Below, piece by piece: positions 1-22,478 of a stretch of DNA of 64,000 nucleotides. The DNA lies in assembly GCF_009914755.1 (NCBI RefSeq), contig NC_060948.1; one strand, 5' to 3'. Position 1 is the stretch's first letter; each line of letters starts with the position of its first letter. The notes beneath the pieces are model-generated. The model was not told the origin of the DNA. It ran no database searches and saw only the letters and a program-made list of their open reading frames with translations. Source of the DNA: the human T2T-CHM13v2.0 reference genome, Homo sapiens. Position numbers and translations under genes: made by a program.

Positions 1-703
<703 letters not shown>

Positions 704-1272
704 AGATCCATATTTTTTAAATGAAAAAAAATTTCAAAGGTACTCTGCTTGGTACAATAATCAAATGTATAAACTGAGGAATAAAACATAACCATGAAAC
801 CTACTTATAACTGCATATGGAAAATACAGAGGATAATTTTTTAAATAACATATTTTGAAAGCCTTAACTAGTAATTTGAAGAGTTGGCATTTGAAAGGCC
901 AGTATGAATATACCTTCAAAGCAGCAACACAGGTTCCCCATGAGAAAAAGCAAACTCAGGGAAAATAAAACCACAAAGGTTCAATCTCTTCTGACCTTTG
1001 AAAGACACAGCACAGACAGTGGTCCTTAGGACGAAGAGCAGGAGACCCCTAATTCCGTCACCATGGCGATAGGGCATAAACACTGCTGGGTGAGGGCACA
1101 ATCCACATTGTGAGGTCCAGCTGCTGCCAGGAAGACAGGAGTGCTTTTACATAGACCGAAAGGTCATTGAAGGCTCAGAGTTTTGTTTCAAGAACTGAAT
1201 CCCAAGCCCACACGTTATTAGGCTGCGCTTCTTAAAACAAGTTATGAGATGGGAAAAAGGGCACCCACAAAC
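704..1272. repeat. HSATI-like GC-richer segment of unit U1 (repeats in every unit at about Alu start +292 to +860)
   Basis: Non-low-complexity ~570-bp stretch between the Alu 5' end and the AT domain (…gcacccacaaac). Nearly identical in all units. The name comes from recalled DYZ2 composition, not from an alignment. Confidence 0.75.
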
Positions 1273-3122
<1,850 letters not shown>

Positions 3123-5226
3123 AGATCCATATTTTTTAAATGAAAAAAAATTTCAAAGGTACTCTGCTAGGTACAATAATCAAATGTATAAACTGAGGAA
3201 GAAAACATAACCATGAAACCTACTTATAACTGCATATGGAAAATACAGAGGATAATTTTTTAAATAACATATTTTGAAAGCCTTAACTAGTAATTTGAAG
3301 AGTTGGCATTTGAAAGGCCAGTATGAATATACCTTCAAAGCAGCAACACAGGTTCCCCATGAGAAAAAGCAAACTCAGGGAAAATAAAACCACAAAGGTT
3401 CAATCTCTTCTGACCTTTGAAAGACACAGCACAGACAGTGGTCCTTAGGACGAAGAGCAGGAGACCCCTAATTCCGTCACCATGGCGATAGGGCATAAAC
3501 ACTGCTGGGTGAGGGCACAATCCACATTGTGAGGTCCAACTGCTGCCAGGAAGACAGGAGTGCTTTTACATAGACCGAAAGGTCATTGAAGGCTCAGAGT
3601 TTTGTTTCAAGAACTGAATCCCAAGCCCACACGTTATTAGGCTGCGCTTCTTAAAACAAGTTATGAGATGGGAAAAAGGGCACCCACAGACATACGTATA
3701 CATTATGTATATAATAATATACAGTATCATATATATAATATATATAACCTATGTATAATATTGTTTTACATCCTGCATCTTATACTATATATATTGTATA
3801 AAGTATAATAATTGATAATATATAAATTTTATATTTATACAATATGACATATAGTATATATTATAATTTATGACATATATAATATATGTTATATATCATA
3901 TATAGAATATATTATACGGTTAATATACGTATTAAATATAAATTATACATTATATATATTATATATAATATATCTGTTACATATAATACCCATTATGCAT
4001 AATATATATATTATGTCTATGTTATATATAGTATAAAACAACATATAATAATATATAATTGTATATATAAAATGCGACATATAATATATATTATATTTTA
4101 TGACATATGTAATATATATTATATATTATATATAATACGTTGTATGTATAATACCTAAAATAAATATATATTATATGACTATGTTATTAATTACATGTCA
4201 CATGTGTTATATATTATATATTTTACATAGAATATACCGGTTACATACAATATATACTATGTTACCTATAATGTATAATTTATTACATGTAAAATAAAGA
4301 ATGCAATATATTATGTATAATTTATAATATACAATATGTGGAATGTGATATATATAACATATAATATATGATATATGATATACAGTATATGATATATAAC
4401 ATACAATATATGATACCTAATATATATGGTATACAATATATATTTTATGATATGTATTCTATATGTTTTATATTCTGTTATATATAACTATTTGAAATTA
4501 TATATAACTGTATAATATTTTATATAAATATGTAATATAATATATATAACTATATAATATATTATATATAACTACATATTATGTTATATATACTTTTATA
4601 ACATAATTTACATAAAATATCATAATATAATATATATTATATTATTTCATATTACATAATATATATTACATATCACCCAATATAAGTAACATACATAATA
4701 TTATAATATAGATTATATTATGTTATATTAAATATCATATATATCATGTATCATATAATCTATAATATATATTATACATTATATAATACGTATGTTGTCT
4801 ATTATGTGATATATATAACTATATATATAATTATATTATTATACATATAACTAGATAAACATGTAATTCTACATATTTTCATTTATAATGTATAGAATTA
4901 TATAATCATATAAATTATTTATGTTCTATAAAAAATTATATCATTATATAAATTATAATATATAAAAATTATAATATGTACTACAAATATATATATTATA
5001 TATCATATATGATGTAGTACCTTTGTTATATATCATAATACATATAAATGTGTATTATGTTATCTATAATTATATAATTTCATATATAAGATGTATAATA
5101 TTTATTATATATTATATATGTTATGTAATATATATAGTATATATAAGATGACACAGGATAAATATTATATACTATGACATATAAAATATATGAGGTTATA
5201 TGTTACATACAAGGCATAGCACATAA

Positions 5227-5541
<315 letters not shown>

Positions 5542-7645
5542 AGATCCATATTTTTTAAATGAAAAAAAATTTCAAAGGTACTCTGCTTGGTACAATAATC
5601 AAATGTATAAACTGAGGAATAAAACATAACCATGAAACCTACTTATAACTGCATATGGAAAATACAGAGGATAATTTTTTAAATAACATATTTTGAAAGC
5701 CTTAACTAGTAATTTGAAGAGTTGGCATTTGAAAGGCCAGTATGAATATACCTTCAAAGCAGCAACACAGGTTCCCCATGAGAAAAAGCAAACTCAGGGA
5801 AAATAAAACCACAAAGGTTCAATCTCTTCTGACCTTTGAAAGACACAGCACAGACAGTGGTCCTTAGGACGAAGAGCAGGAGACCCCTAATTCCGTCACC
5901 ATGGCGATAGGGCATAAACACTGCTGGGTGAGGGCACAATCCACATTGTGAGGTCCAGCTGCTGCCAGGAAGACAGGAGTGCTTTTACATAGACCGAAAG
6001 GTCATTGAAGGCTCAGAGTTTTGTTTCAAGAACTGAATCCCAAGCCCACACGTTATTAGGCTGCGCTTCTTAAAACAAGTTATGAGATGGGAAAAAGGGC
6101 ACCCACAAACATACGTATACATTATGTATATAATAATATACAGTATCATATATATAATATATATAACCTATGTATAATATTGTTTTACATCCTGCATCTT
6201 ATATTATATATATTGTATAAAATATAATAATTGATAATATATAAGTTTTATATTTATACAATATGACATATAGTATAAATTATAATTTATGACATATAAT
6301 ATATATGTTATATATCATATATAGAATATATTATACGGTTAATATACGTATTAAATATAAATTATACATTATATATATTATATATAATATATCTGCTATA
6401 TATAATACGCATTATGCATATTATATATATTATGTCTATGTTATATATAGTATAAAACAACATATAATAATATATAATTGTATATATAAAATGCGACATA
6501 TAATATATATTATATTTTATCACATATGTAATATATATTATATATTATATATAATACGTTGTATGTATAATACCTAAAATAAATATATATTATATGACTA
6601 TGTTATTAATTACATGTCAGATGTGTTATATATTCTATATTTTACATAGAATATACCGGTTACATACAATATATACTATGTTACCTATAATGTATAATTT
6701 ATTACATGTAAAATAAAGAATGCAATATATTATGTATAATTTATAATATACAATATGTGGAATGTGATATATATAACATATAATATATGATATATGATAT
6801 ACAGTATATGATATATAACATACAATATATGATACCTAATATATATGGTATACAATATATATTTTATGATATGTATTCTATATGTTTTATATTCTGTTAT
6901 ATATAACTATTTGAAATTATATATAACTGTATAATATTTTATGTAAATATGTAATATAATATATATAAATATATAATATATTATATATAACTACATATTA
7001 TGTTATATATACTTTTATAACATAATTTACATAAAATATCATAATATAATATATATTATATTATTTCATATTACATAATATATATTACATATCACCCAAT
7101 ATAAGTAACATACATAATATTATAATATAGATTATATTATGTTATATTAAATATCATATATATCATGTATCATATAATCTATAATATATATTATACATTA
7201 TATAATATGTATGTTGTCTATTATGTGATATATATAACTATATATATAATTATATTATTATACATATAACTAGATAAACATGTAATTCTACATATTTTCA
7301 TTTATAATGTATAGAATTATATAATCATATAAATTATTTATATTCTATAAAAAATTATATCATTATATAAATTATAATATATAAAAATTATAATATGTAC
7401 TACAAATATATATATTATATATCATATATGATATAGTACCTTTGTTATATATCATAATACATATAAATGTGTATTATGTTATCTATAATTATATAATTTC
7501 ATATATAAGATGTATAATATTTATTATATATTATATATGTTATGTAATATATATAGTATATATAAGATGATACAGGATAAATATTATATACTATGACATA
7601 TAAAATATATGAGGTTATATGTTACATATAAGGCATAGCACATAA

Positions 7646-7960
<315 letters not shown>

Positions 7961-10064
7961 AGATCCATATTTTTTAAATGAAAAAAAATTTCAAAGGTAC
8001 TCTGCTAGGTACAATAATCAAATGTATAAACTGAGGAAGAAAACATAACCATGAAACCTACTTATAACTGCATATGGAAAATACAGAGGATAATTTTTTA
8101 AATAACATATTTTGAAAGCCTTAACTAGTAATTTGAAGAGTTGGCATTTGAAAGGCCAGTATGAATATACCTTCAAAGCAGCAACACAGGTTCCCCATGA
8201 GAAAAAGCAAACTCAGGGAAAATAAAACCACAAAGGTTCAATCTCTTCTGACCTTTGAAAGACACAGCACAGACAGTGGTCCTTAGGACGAAGAGCAGGA
8301 GACCCCTAATTCCGTCACCATGGCGATAGGGCATAAACACTGCTGGGTGAGGGCACAATCCACATTGTGAGGTCCAACTGCTGCCAGGAAGACAGGAGTG
8401 CTTTTACATAGACCGAAAGGTCATTGAAGGCTCAGAGTTTTGTTTCAAGAACTGAATCCCAAGCCCACACGTTATTAGGCTGCGCTTCTTAAAACAAGTT
8501 ATGAGATGGGAAAAAGGGCACCCACAGACATACGTATACATTATGTATATAATAATATACAGTATCATATATATAATATATATAACCTATGTATAATATT
8601 GTTTTACATCCTGCATCTTATACTATATATATTGTATAAAGTATAATAATTGATAATATATAAATTTTATATTTATACAATATGACATATAGTATATATT
8701 ATAATTTATGACATATATAATATATGTTATATATCATATATAGAATATATTATACGGTTAATATACGTATTAAATATAAATTATACATTATATATATTAT
8801 ATATAATATATCTGTTACATATAATACCCATTATGCATAATATATATATTATGTCTATGTTATATATAGTATAAAACAACATATAATAATATATAATTGT
8901 ATATATAAAATGCGACATATAATATATATTATATTTTATGACATATGTAATATATATTATATATTATATATAATACGTTGTATGTATAATACCTAAAATA
9001 AATATATATTATATGACTATGTTATTAATTACATGTCACATGTGTTATATATTATATATTTTACATAGAATATACCGGTTACATACAATATATACTATGT
9101 TACCTATAATGTATAATTTATTACATGTAAAATAAAGAATGCAATATATTATGTATAATTTATAATATACAATATGTGGAATGTGATATATATAACATAT
9201 AATATATGATATATGATATACAGTATATGATATATAACATACAATATATGATACCTAATATATATGGTATACAATATATATTTTATGATATGTATTCTAT
9301 ATGTTTTATATTCTGTTATATATAACTATTTGAAATTATATATAACTGTATAATATTTTATATAAATATGTAATATAATATATATAACTATATAATATAT
9401 TATATATAACTACATATTATGTTATATATACTTTTATAACATAATTTACATAAAATATCATAATATAATATATATTATATTATTTCATATTACATAATAT
9501 ATATTACATATCACCCAATATAAGTAACATACATAATATTATAATATAGATTATATTATGTTATATTAAATATCATATATATCATGTATCATATAATCTA
9601 TAATATATATTATACATTATATAATACGTATGTTGTCTATTATGTGATATATATAACTATATATATAATTATATTATTATACATATAACTAGATAAACAT
9701 GTAATTCTACATATTTTCATTTATAATGTATAGAATTATATAATCATATAAATTATTTATGTTCTATAAAAAATTATATCATTATATAAATTATAATATA
9801 TAAAAATTATAATATGTACTGCAAATATATATATTATATATCATATATGATATAGTACCTTTGTTATATATCATAATACATATAAATGTGTATTATGTTA
9901 TCTATAATTATATAATTTCATATATAAGATGTATAATATTTATTATATATTATATATGTTATGTAATATATATAGTATATATAAGATGACACAGGATAAA
10001 TATTATATACTATGACATATAAAATATATGAGGTTATATGTTACATATAAGGCATAGCACATAA

Positions 10065-10379
<315 letters not shown>

Positions 10380-12483
10380 AGATCCATATTTTTTAAATGA
10401 AAAAAAATTTCAAAGGTACTCTGCTTGGTACAATAATCAAATGTATAAACTGAGGAATAAAACATAACCATGAAACCTACTTATAACTGCATATGGAAAA
10501 TACAGAGGATAATTTTTTAAATAACATATTTTGAAAGCCTTAACTAGTAATTTGAAGAGTTGGCATTTGAAAGGCCAGTATGAATATACATTCAAAGCAG
10601 CAACACAGGTTCCCCATGAGAAAAAGCAAACTCAGGGAAAATAAAACCACAAAGGTTCAATCTTTTCTGACCTTTGAAAGACACAGCACAGACAGTGGTC
10701 CTTAGGACGAAGAGCAGGAGACCCCTAATTCCGTCACCATGGCGATAGGGCATAAACACTGCTGGGTGAGGGCACAATCCACATTGTGAGGTCCAGCTGC
10801 TGCCAGGAAGACAGGAGTGCTTTTACATAGACCGAAAGGTCATTGAAGGCTCAGAGTTTTGTTTCAAGAACTGAATCCCAAGCCCACACGTTATTAGGCT
10901 GCGCTTCTTAAAACAAGTTATGAGATGGGAAAAAGGGCACCCACAAACATACGTATACATTATGTATATAATAATATACAGTATCATATATATAATATAT
11001 ATAACCTATGTATAATATTGTTTTACATCCTGCATCTTATATTATATATATTGTATAAAATATAATAATTGATAATATATAAGTTTTATATTTATACAAT
11101 ATGACATATAGTATAAATTATAATTTATGACATATAATATATATGTTATATATCATATATAGAATATATTATACGGTTAATATACGTATTAAATATAAAT
11201 TATACATTATATATATTATATATAATATATCTGCTATATATAATACGCATTATGCATATTATATATATTATGTCTATGTTATATATAGTATAAAACAACA
11301 TATAATAATATATAATTGTATATATAAAATGCGACATATAATATATATTATATTTTATCACATATGTAATATATATTATATATTATATATAATACGTTGT
11401 ATGTATAATACCTAAAATAAATATATATTATATGACTATGTTATTAATTACATGTCAGATGTGTTATATATTATATATTTTACATAGAATATACCGGTTA
11501 CATACAATATATACTATGTTACCTATAATGTATAATTTATTACATGTAAAATAAAGAATGCAATATATTATGTATAATTTATAATATACAATATGTGGAA
11601 TGTGATATATATAACATATAATATATGATATATGATATACAGTATATGATATATAACATACAATATATGATACCTAATATATATGGTATACAATATATAT
11701 TTTATGATATGTATTCTATATGTTTTATATTCTGTTATATATAACTATTTGAAATTATATATAACTGTATAATATTTTATGTAAATATGTAATATAATAT
11801 ATATAAATATATAATATATTATATATAACTACATATTATGTTATATATACTTTTATAACATAATTTACATAAAATATCATAATATAATATATATTATATT
11901 ATTTCATATTACATAATATATATTACATATCACCCAATATAAGTAACATACATAATATTATAATATAGATTATATTATGTTATATTAAATATCATATATA
12001 TCATGTATCATATAATCTATAATATATACTATACATTATATAATATGTATGTTGTCTATTATGTGATATATATAACTATATATATAATTATATTATTATA
12101 CATATAACTAGATAAACATGTAATTCTACATATTTTCATTTATAATGTATAGAATTATATAATCATATAAATTATTTATATTCTATAAAAAATTATATCA
12201 TTATATAAATTATAATATATAAAAATTATAATATGTACTACAAATATATATATTATATATCATATATGATATAGTACCTTTGTTATATATCATAATACAT
12301 ATAAATGTGTATTATGTTATCTATAATTATATAATTTCATATATAAGATGTATAATATTTATTATATATTATATATGTTATGTAATATATATAGTATATA
12401 TAAGATGATACAGGATAAATATTATATACTATGACATATAAAATATATGAGGTTATATGTTACATATAAGGCATAGCACATAA

Positions 12484-12798
<315 letters not shown>

Positions 12799-14903
12799 AG
12801 ATCCATATTTTTTAAATGAAAAAAAATTTCAAAGGTACTCTGCTTGGTACAATAATCAAATGTATAAACTGAGGAATAAAACATAACCATGAAACCTACT
12901 TATAACTGCATATGGAAAATACAGAGGATAATTTTTTAAATAACATATTTTGAAAGCCTTAACTAGTAATTTGAAGAGTTGGCATTTGAAAGGCCAGTAT
13001 GAGTATACCTTCAAAGCAGCAACACAGGTTCCCCATGAGAAAAAGCAAACTCAGGGAAAATAAAACCACAAAGGTTCAATCTCTTCTGACCTTTGAAAGA
13101 CACAGCACAGACAGTGGTCCTTAGGACGAAGAGCAGGAGACCCCTAATTCCGTCACCATGGCGATAGGGCATAAACACTGCTGGGTGAGGGCACAATCCA
13201 CATTGTGAGGTCCAACTGCTGCCAGGAAGACAGGAGTGCTTTTACATAGACCGAAAGGTCATTGAAGGCTCAGAGTTTTGTTTCAAGAACTGAATCCCAA
13301 GCCCACACGTTATTAGGCTGCGCTTCTTAAAACAAGTTATGAGATGGGAAAAAGGGCACCCACAAACATACGTATACATTATGTATATAATAATATACAA
13401 TATCATATATATAATATATATAACCTATGTATAATATTGTTTTACATCCTGCATCTTATATTATATATATTGTATAAAATACAATAATTGATAATATATA
13501 AGTTTTATATTTATACAATATGACATATAGTATAAATTATAATTTATGACATATAATATATATGTTATATATCATATATAGAATATATTATACGGTTAAT
13601 ATACGTATTAAATATAAATTATACATTATATATATTATATATAATATATCTGCTATATATAATACGCATTATGCATATTATATATATTATGTCTATGTTA
13701 TATATAGTATAAAACAACATATAATAATATATAATTGTATATATAAAATGCGACATATAATTTATAATATATTTTATGACATATGTAATATATATTATAT
13801 ATTATATATAATACGTTGTATGTATAATACCTATATTAAATATATATTATATGACTATGTTATTAATTACATGTCACATATGTTATATATTATATATTTT
13901 ACATAGAATGTACCGGTTACATACAATATATACTATGTTACCTATAATGTATAATTTATTACATGTAAAATAAAGAATGCAATATATTATGTATAATTTA
14001 TAATATACAATATGTGGAATGTGATATATATAACATATAATATATGATATATGATATACAGTATATGATATATAACATACAATATATGATACCTAACATA
14101 TATGGTATACAATATATATTTTATGATATGTATTCTCTATGTTTTATATTCTCTTATATATAACTATTTGAAATTATATATAACTGAGTAATATTTTATG
14201 TAAATATGTAATATAATATATATAACTATATAATATATTATATATAACTATATATTATGTTATATATACTTTTATAACATAATTTACATAAAATATCATA
14301 ATATAATATATATTATATTATTTCATATTACATAATATATATTACATATCACGCAATATAAGTAACATACATAATATTATAATATAGATTATATTATGTT
14401 ATATTAAATATCATATATATCATGTATCATATATTCTATAATATATATTATACTTTATATAATATGTATGTTGTCTATTATGTGATATATATAACTATAT
14501 ATATAATTATATTATTATACATATAACTAGATAAACATGTAATTCTACATATTTTCATTTATAATATATAGAATTATATAATCATATATAATTATTTATA
14601 TTCTATAAAAAATTATATCATTATATAAATTATAATATATAAAAATTATAATATGTACTACAAATATATATATTATATATCATATATGATATAGTACCTT
14701 TGTTATATATCATAATACATATAAATGTGTATTATGTTATCTATAATTATATAATTTCATATATAAGATGTATAACATTTATTATATATTATATATGTTA
14801 TGTAATATATATAGTATATATAAGATGAGACAGGATAAATATTATATACTATGACATATAAAATATATGAGGTTATATGTTACATATAAGGCATAGCACA
14901 TAA

Positions 14904-15218
<315 letters not shown>

Positions 15219-17323
15219 AGATCCATATTTTTTAAATGAAAAAAAATTTCAAAGGTACTCTGCTTGGTACAATAATCAAATGTATAAACTGAGGAATAAA
15301 ACATAACCATGAAACCTACTTATAACTGCATATGGAAAATACAGAGGATAATTTTTTAAATAACATATTTTGAAAGCCTTAACTAGTAATTTGAAGAGTT
15401 GGCATTTGAAAGGCCAGTATGAATATACCTTCAAAGCAGCAACACAGGTTCCCCATGAGAAAAAGCAAACTCAGGGAAAATAAAACCACAAAGGTTCAAT
15501 CTCTTCTGACCTTTGAAAGACACAGCACAGACAGTGGTCCTTAGGACGAAGAGCAGGAGACCCATAATTCCGTCACCATGGCGATAGGGCATAAACACTG
15601 CTGGGTGAGGGCACAATCCACATTGTGAGGTCCAACTGCTGCCAGGAAGACAGGAGTGCTTTTACATAGACCGAAAGGTCATTGAAGGCTCAGAGTTTTG
15701 TTTCAAGAACTGAATCCCAAGCCCACACGTTATTAGGCTGCGCTTCTTAAAACAAGTTATGAGATGGGAAAAAGGGCACCCACAGACATACGTATACATT
15801 ATGTATATAATAATATACAGTATCATATATATAATATATATAACCTATGTATAATATTGTTTTACATCCTGCATCTTATACTATATATATTGTATAAAAT
15901 ATAATAATTGATAATATATAAATTTTATATTTATACAATACGACATATAGTATATATTATAATTTATGACATATATAATATATGTTATATATCATATATA
16001 GAATATATTATACGGTTAATATACGTATTAAATATAAATTATACATTATATATATTATATATAATATATCTGTTATATATAATACCCATTATGCATAATA
16101 TATATATTATGTCTATGTTATATATAGTATAAAACAACATATAATAATATATAATTGTATATATAAAATGCGACATATAATATATATTATATTTTATGAC
16201 ATATGTAATATATATTATATATTATATATAATACGTTGTATATATAATACCTATATTAAATATATGTTATATGACTGTGTTATTAATTACATGTCACATA
16301 TGTTATATATTATATATTTTACATAGAATATACCGGTTACATACAATATATACTATGTTACGTATAATGTATAATTTATTACATGTAAAATAAAGAATGC
16401 AATATATTATGTGCAATTTATAATATACAATATGTGGAATGTGATATATATAACATATAATATATGATATATGATATACAGTATATGATATATAACATAC
16501 AATATATGATACCTAATATATATGGTATACAATATATATTTTATGATATGTATTCTATATGTTTTATATTCTGTTATATATAACTATTTGAAATTATATA
16601 TAACTGTATAATATTTTATGTAAATATGTAATATAATATATATAAATATATAATATATTATATATAACTATATATTATGTTATATATACTTTTATAACAT
16701 AATTTACATAAAATATCATAATATAATATATACTATATTATTTCACATTACATAATATATATTACGTATCACCCAATATAAGTAACATACCTAATATTAT
16801 AATATAGATTATATTATGTTATATTAAATATCATATATATCATGTATCATATATTCTATAATATATATTATACATTATATAATATGTATGTTGTCTATTA
16901 TGTGATATATATAACTATATATATAATTATATTATTATACATATAACTAGATAAACATGTAATTCTACATATTTTCATTTATAATATATAGAATTATATA
17001 ATCATATATAATTATTTATATTCTATAATAAATTATATCATTATATAAATTATAATATATAAAAATTATAATATGTACTACAAATATATATATTACATAT
17101 CATATATGATATAGTACCATTGTTATATATCATAATACATATAAATGTGTATTATGATATCTATAATTATATAATTTCATATATAAGATGTATAATATGT
17201 ATTATATATTATATATGTTATGTAATATATATAGTATATATAAGATGACACAGGATAAATATTATATACTATGACATATAAAATATATGAGGTTATATGT
17301 TACATATAAGGCATAGCACATAA

Positions 17324-17638
<315 letters not shown>

Positions 17639-19743
17639 AGATCCATATTTTTTAAATGAAAAAAAATTTCAAAGGTACTCTGCTTCGTACAATAATCAAA
17701 TGTATAAACTGAGGAATAAAACATAACCATGAAACCTACTTATAACTGCATATGGAAAATACAGAGGATAATTTTTTAAATAACATATTTTGAAAGTCTT
17801 AACTAGTAATTTGAAGAGTTGGCATTTGAAAGGCCAGTATGAATATACCTTCAAAGCAGCAACACAGGTTCCCCTTGAGAAAAATCAAACTCAGGTAAAA
17901 TAAAACCACAAAGGTTCAATCTCTTCTGACCATTGAAAGACACAGCACAGACAGTGGTCCTTAGGACGAAGAGCAGGAGACCCCTAATTCCGTCACCATG
18001 GCGATAGGGCATAAACACTGCTGGGTGAGGGCACAATCCACATTGTGAGGTCCAACTGCTGCCAGGAAGACAGGAGTGCTTTTACATAGACCGAAAGGTC
18101 ATTGAAGGCTCAGAGTTTTGTTTCAAGAACTGAATCCCAAACCCACACGTTATTAGGCTGCGCTTCTTAAAACAAGTTATGAGATGGGAAAAAGGGCACC
18201 CACAAACATACGTATACATTATGTATATAATAATATACAGTATCATATATATAATATATATAACCTATGTATAATATTGTTTTACATCCTGCATCTTATA
18301 TTATATATATTGTATAAAATATAATTATTGATAATATATAAATTTTATATTTATACATTATGACATATAGTATATATTATAATTTATGACATATATAATA
18401 TATGTTATATATCATATATAGAATATATTATACGGTTAATATACGTATTAAATATAAATTATACATTATATATATTATATATAATATATCTGTTATATAT
18501 AATACCCATTATGCATAATATATATATTATGTCTATGTTATATATAGTATAAAACAACATATAATAATAAATAATTGTATATATAAAATGCGACATATAA
18601 TATATATTATATTTTATGACATATGTAATATATATTATATATTATATATAATACGTTGTATGTATAATACCTATAATAAATATATATTATATGACTATGT
18701 TATTAATTACATGTCACATGTGTTATATATTATATATTTTACATAGAATATACCGGTTACATACAATATATACTATGTTACCTATAATGTATATTTTATT
18801 ACATGTGAAATAAAGAATGCAATATATTATGTATAATTTATAATATACAATATGTGGAATGTGATATATATAACATATAATATATGATATATGATATACA
18901 GTATATGATATATAACATACAATATATGATACCTAATATATATGGTATACAATATATATTTTATGATATGTATTCTATATGTTCTATATTCTGTTACATA
19001 TAACTATTTGAAATTATATATAACTGTATAATATTTTATGTAAATATGTAATATAATATATATAACTATATAATATATTATATATAACTATATATTATGT
19101 TATATATACTTTTATAACATAATTTACATAAAATATCATAATATAATATATATTATATTATTTCATATTACATAATATATATTACATATCACCAAATATA
19201 AGTAACATACATAATATTATAATATAGATTATATTATGTTATATTAAATATCATATATATCATGTATCATATATTCTATAATATATATTATACATTATAT
19301 AATATGTATGTTGTCTATTATGTGATATATATAACAATATATATAATTATATTATTATACATATAACTAGATAAACATGTAATTCTACATATTTTCATTT
19401 ATAATATTTAGAATTATATAATCATATATAATTATTTATATTCTATAAAAAATTATATCATTATATAAATTATAATATATAAAAATTATAATATGTACTA
19501 CAAATATATATATTATATATCATATATGATATGGTACCTTTGTTATATATCATAATACATATAAATGTGTATTATGTTATCTATAATTATATAATTTCAT
19601 ATATAAGATGTATAATATTTATTATATATTATATATGTTATGTAATATATATAGTATATATAAGATGAGACAGGATAAATATTATATACTATGACATATA
19701 AAATATATGAGGTTATATGTTACATATAAGGCATAGCACATAA

Positions 19744-20058
<315 letters not shown>

Positions 20059-22163
20059 AGATCCATATTTTTTAAATGAAAAAAAATTTCAAAGGTACTC
20101 TGCTTGGTACAATAATCAAATGTATAAACTGAGGAATAAAACATAACCATGAAACCTACTTATAACTGCATATGGAAAATACAGAGGATAATTTTTTAAA
20201 TAACATATTTTGAAAGCCTTAACTAGTAATTTGAAGAGTTGGCATTTGAAAGGCCAGAATGAATATACCTTCAAAGCAGCAACACAGGTTCCCCATGAGA
20301 AAAAGCAAACTCAGGGAAAATAAAACCACAAAGGTTCAATCTCTTCTGACCTTTGAAAGACACAGCACAGACAGTGGTCCTTAGGACGAAGAGCAGGAGA
20401 CCCCTAATTCCGTCACCATGGCGATAGGGCATAAACATTGCTGGGTGAGGGCACAATCCACATTGTGAGGTCCAACTGCTGCCAGGAAGACAGGAGTGCT
20501 TTTACATAGACCGAAAGGTCATTGAAGGCTCAGAGTTTTGTTTCAAGAACTGAATCCCAAGCCCACACGTTATTAGGCTGCGCTTCTTAAAACAAGTTAT
20601 GAGATGGGAAAAAGGGCACCCAAAAACATACGTATACATTATGTATATAATAATATACAGTATCATATATATAATATATATAACCTATGTATAATATTGT
20701 TTTACATCCTGCATCTTATATTATATATATTGTATAAAATACAATAATTGATAATATATAAGTTTTATATTTATACAATATGATATATAGTATAAATTAT
20801 AATTTATGACATATAATATATATGTTATATATCATATATAGAATATATTATACGGTTAATATACGTATTAAATATAAATTATACATTATATATATTATAT
20901 ATAATATATCTGCTATATATAATACGCATTATGCATATTATATATATTATGTCTATGTTATATATAGTATAAAACAACATATAATAATATATAATTGTAT
21001 ATATAAAATGCGACATATAATATATAATATATTTTATGACATATGTAATATATATTATATATTATATATAATACGTTGTATGTATAATACCTATATTAAA
21101 TATATATTATATGACTATGTTATTAATTACATGTCACATATGTTATATATTATATATTTTACATAGAATGTACCGGTTACATACAATATATACTATGTTA
21201 CCTATAATGTATAATTTATTACATGTAAAATAAAGAATGCAATATATTATGTATAATTTATAATATACAATATGTGGAATGTGATATATATAACATATAA
21301 TATATGATATATGATATACAGTATATGATATATAACATACAATATATGATACCTAACATATATGGTATACAATATATATTTTATGATATGTATTCTCTAT
21401 GTTTTATATTCTCTTATATATAACTATTTGAAATTATATATAACTGAGTAATATTTTATGTAAATATGTAATATAATATATATAACTATATAATATATTA
21501 TATATAACTATATATTATGTTATATATACTTTTATAACATAATTTACATAAAATATCATAATATAATATATATTATATTATTTCATATTACATAATATAT
21601 ATTACATATCACCCAATATAAGTAACATACATAATATTATAATATAGATTATATTATGTTATATTAAATATCATATATATCATGTATCATATATTCTATA
21701 ATATATATTATACATTATATAATATGTATGTTGTCTATTATGTGATATATATAACTATATATATAATTATATTATTATACATATAACTAGATAAACATGT
21801 AATTCTACATATTTTCATTTATAATATATAGAATTATATAATCATATATAATTATTTATATTCTATAAAAAATTATATCATTATATAAATTATAATATAT
21901 AAAAATTATAATATGTACTACAAATATATATATTATATATCATATATGATATAGTACCGTTGTTATATATCATAATACATATAAATGTGTATTATGTTAT
22001 CTATAATTATATAATTTCATATATAAGATGTATAATATTTATTATATATTATATATGTTATGTAATATATATAGTATATATAAGATGAGACAGGATAAAT
22101 ATTATATACTATGACATATAAAATATATGAGGTTATATGTTACATATAAGGCATAGCACATAA

Positions 22164-22478
<315 letters not shown>

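Noticed and set aside
916-1101. 61-aa minus-strand ORF (MCPHPAVF…) repeated in nearly every unit
   Set aside because: It starts at TTG and has no recognisable domain. Its persistence follows from near-identity of the units; most visible variants are non-synonymous and it is frameshifted in U25. Not a gene.
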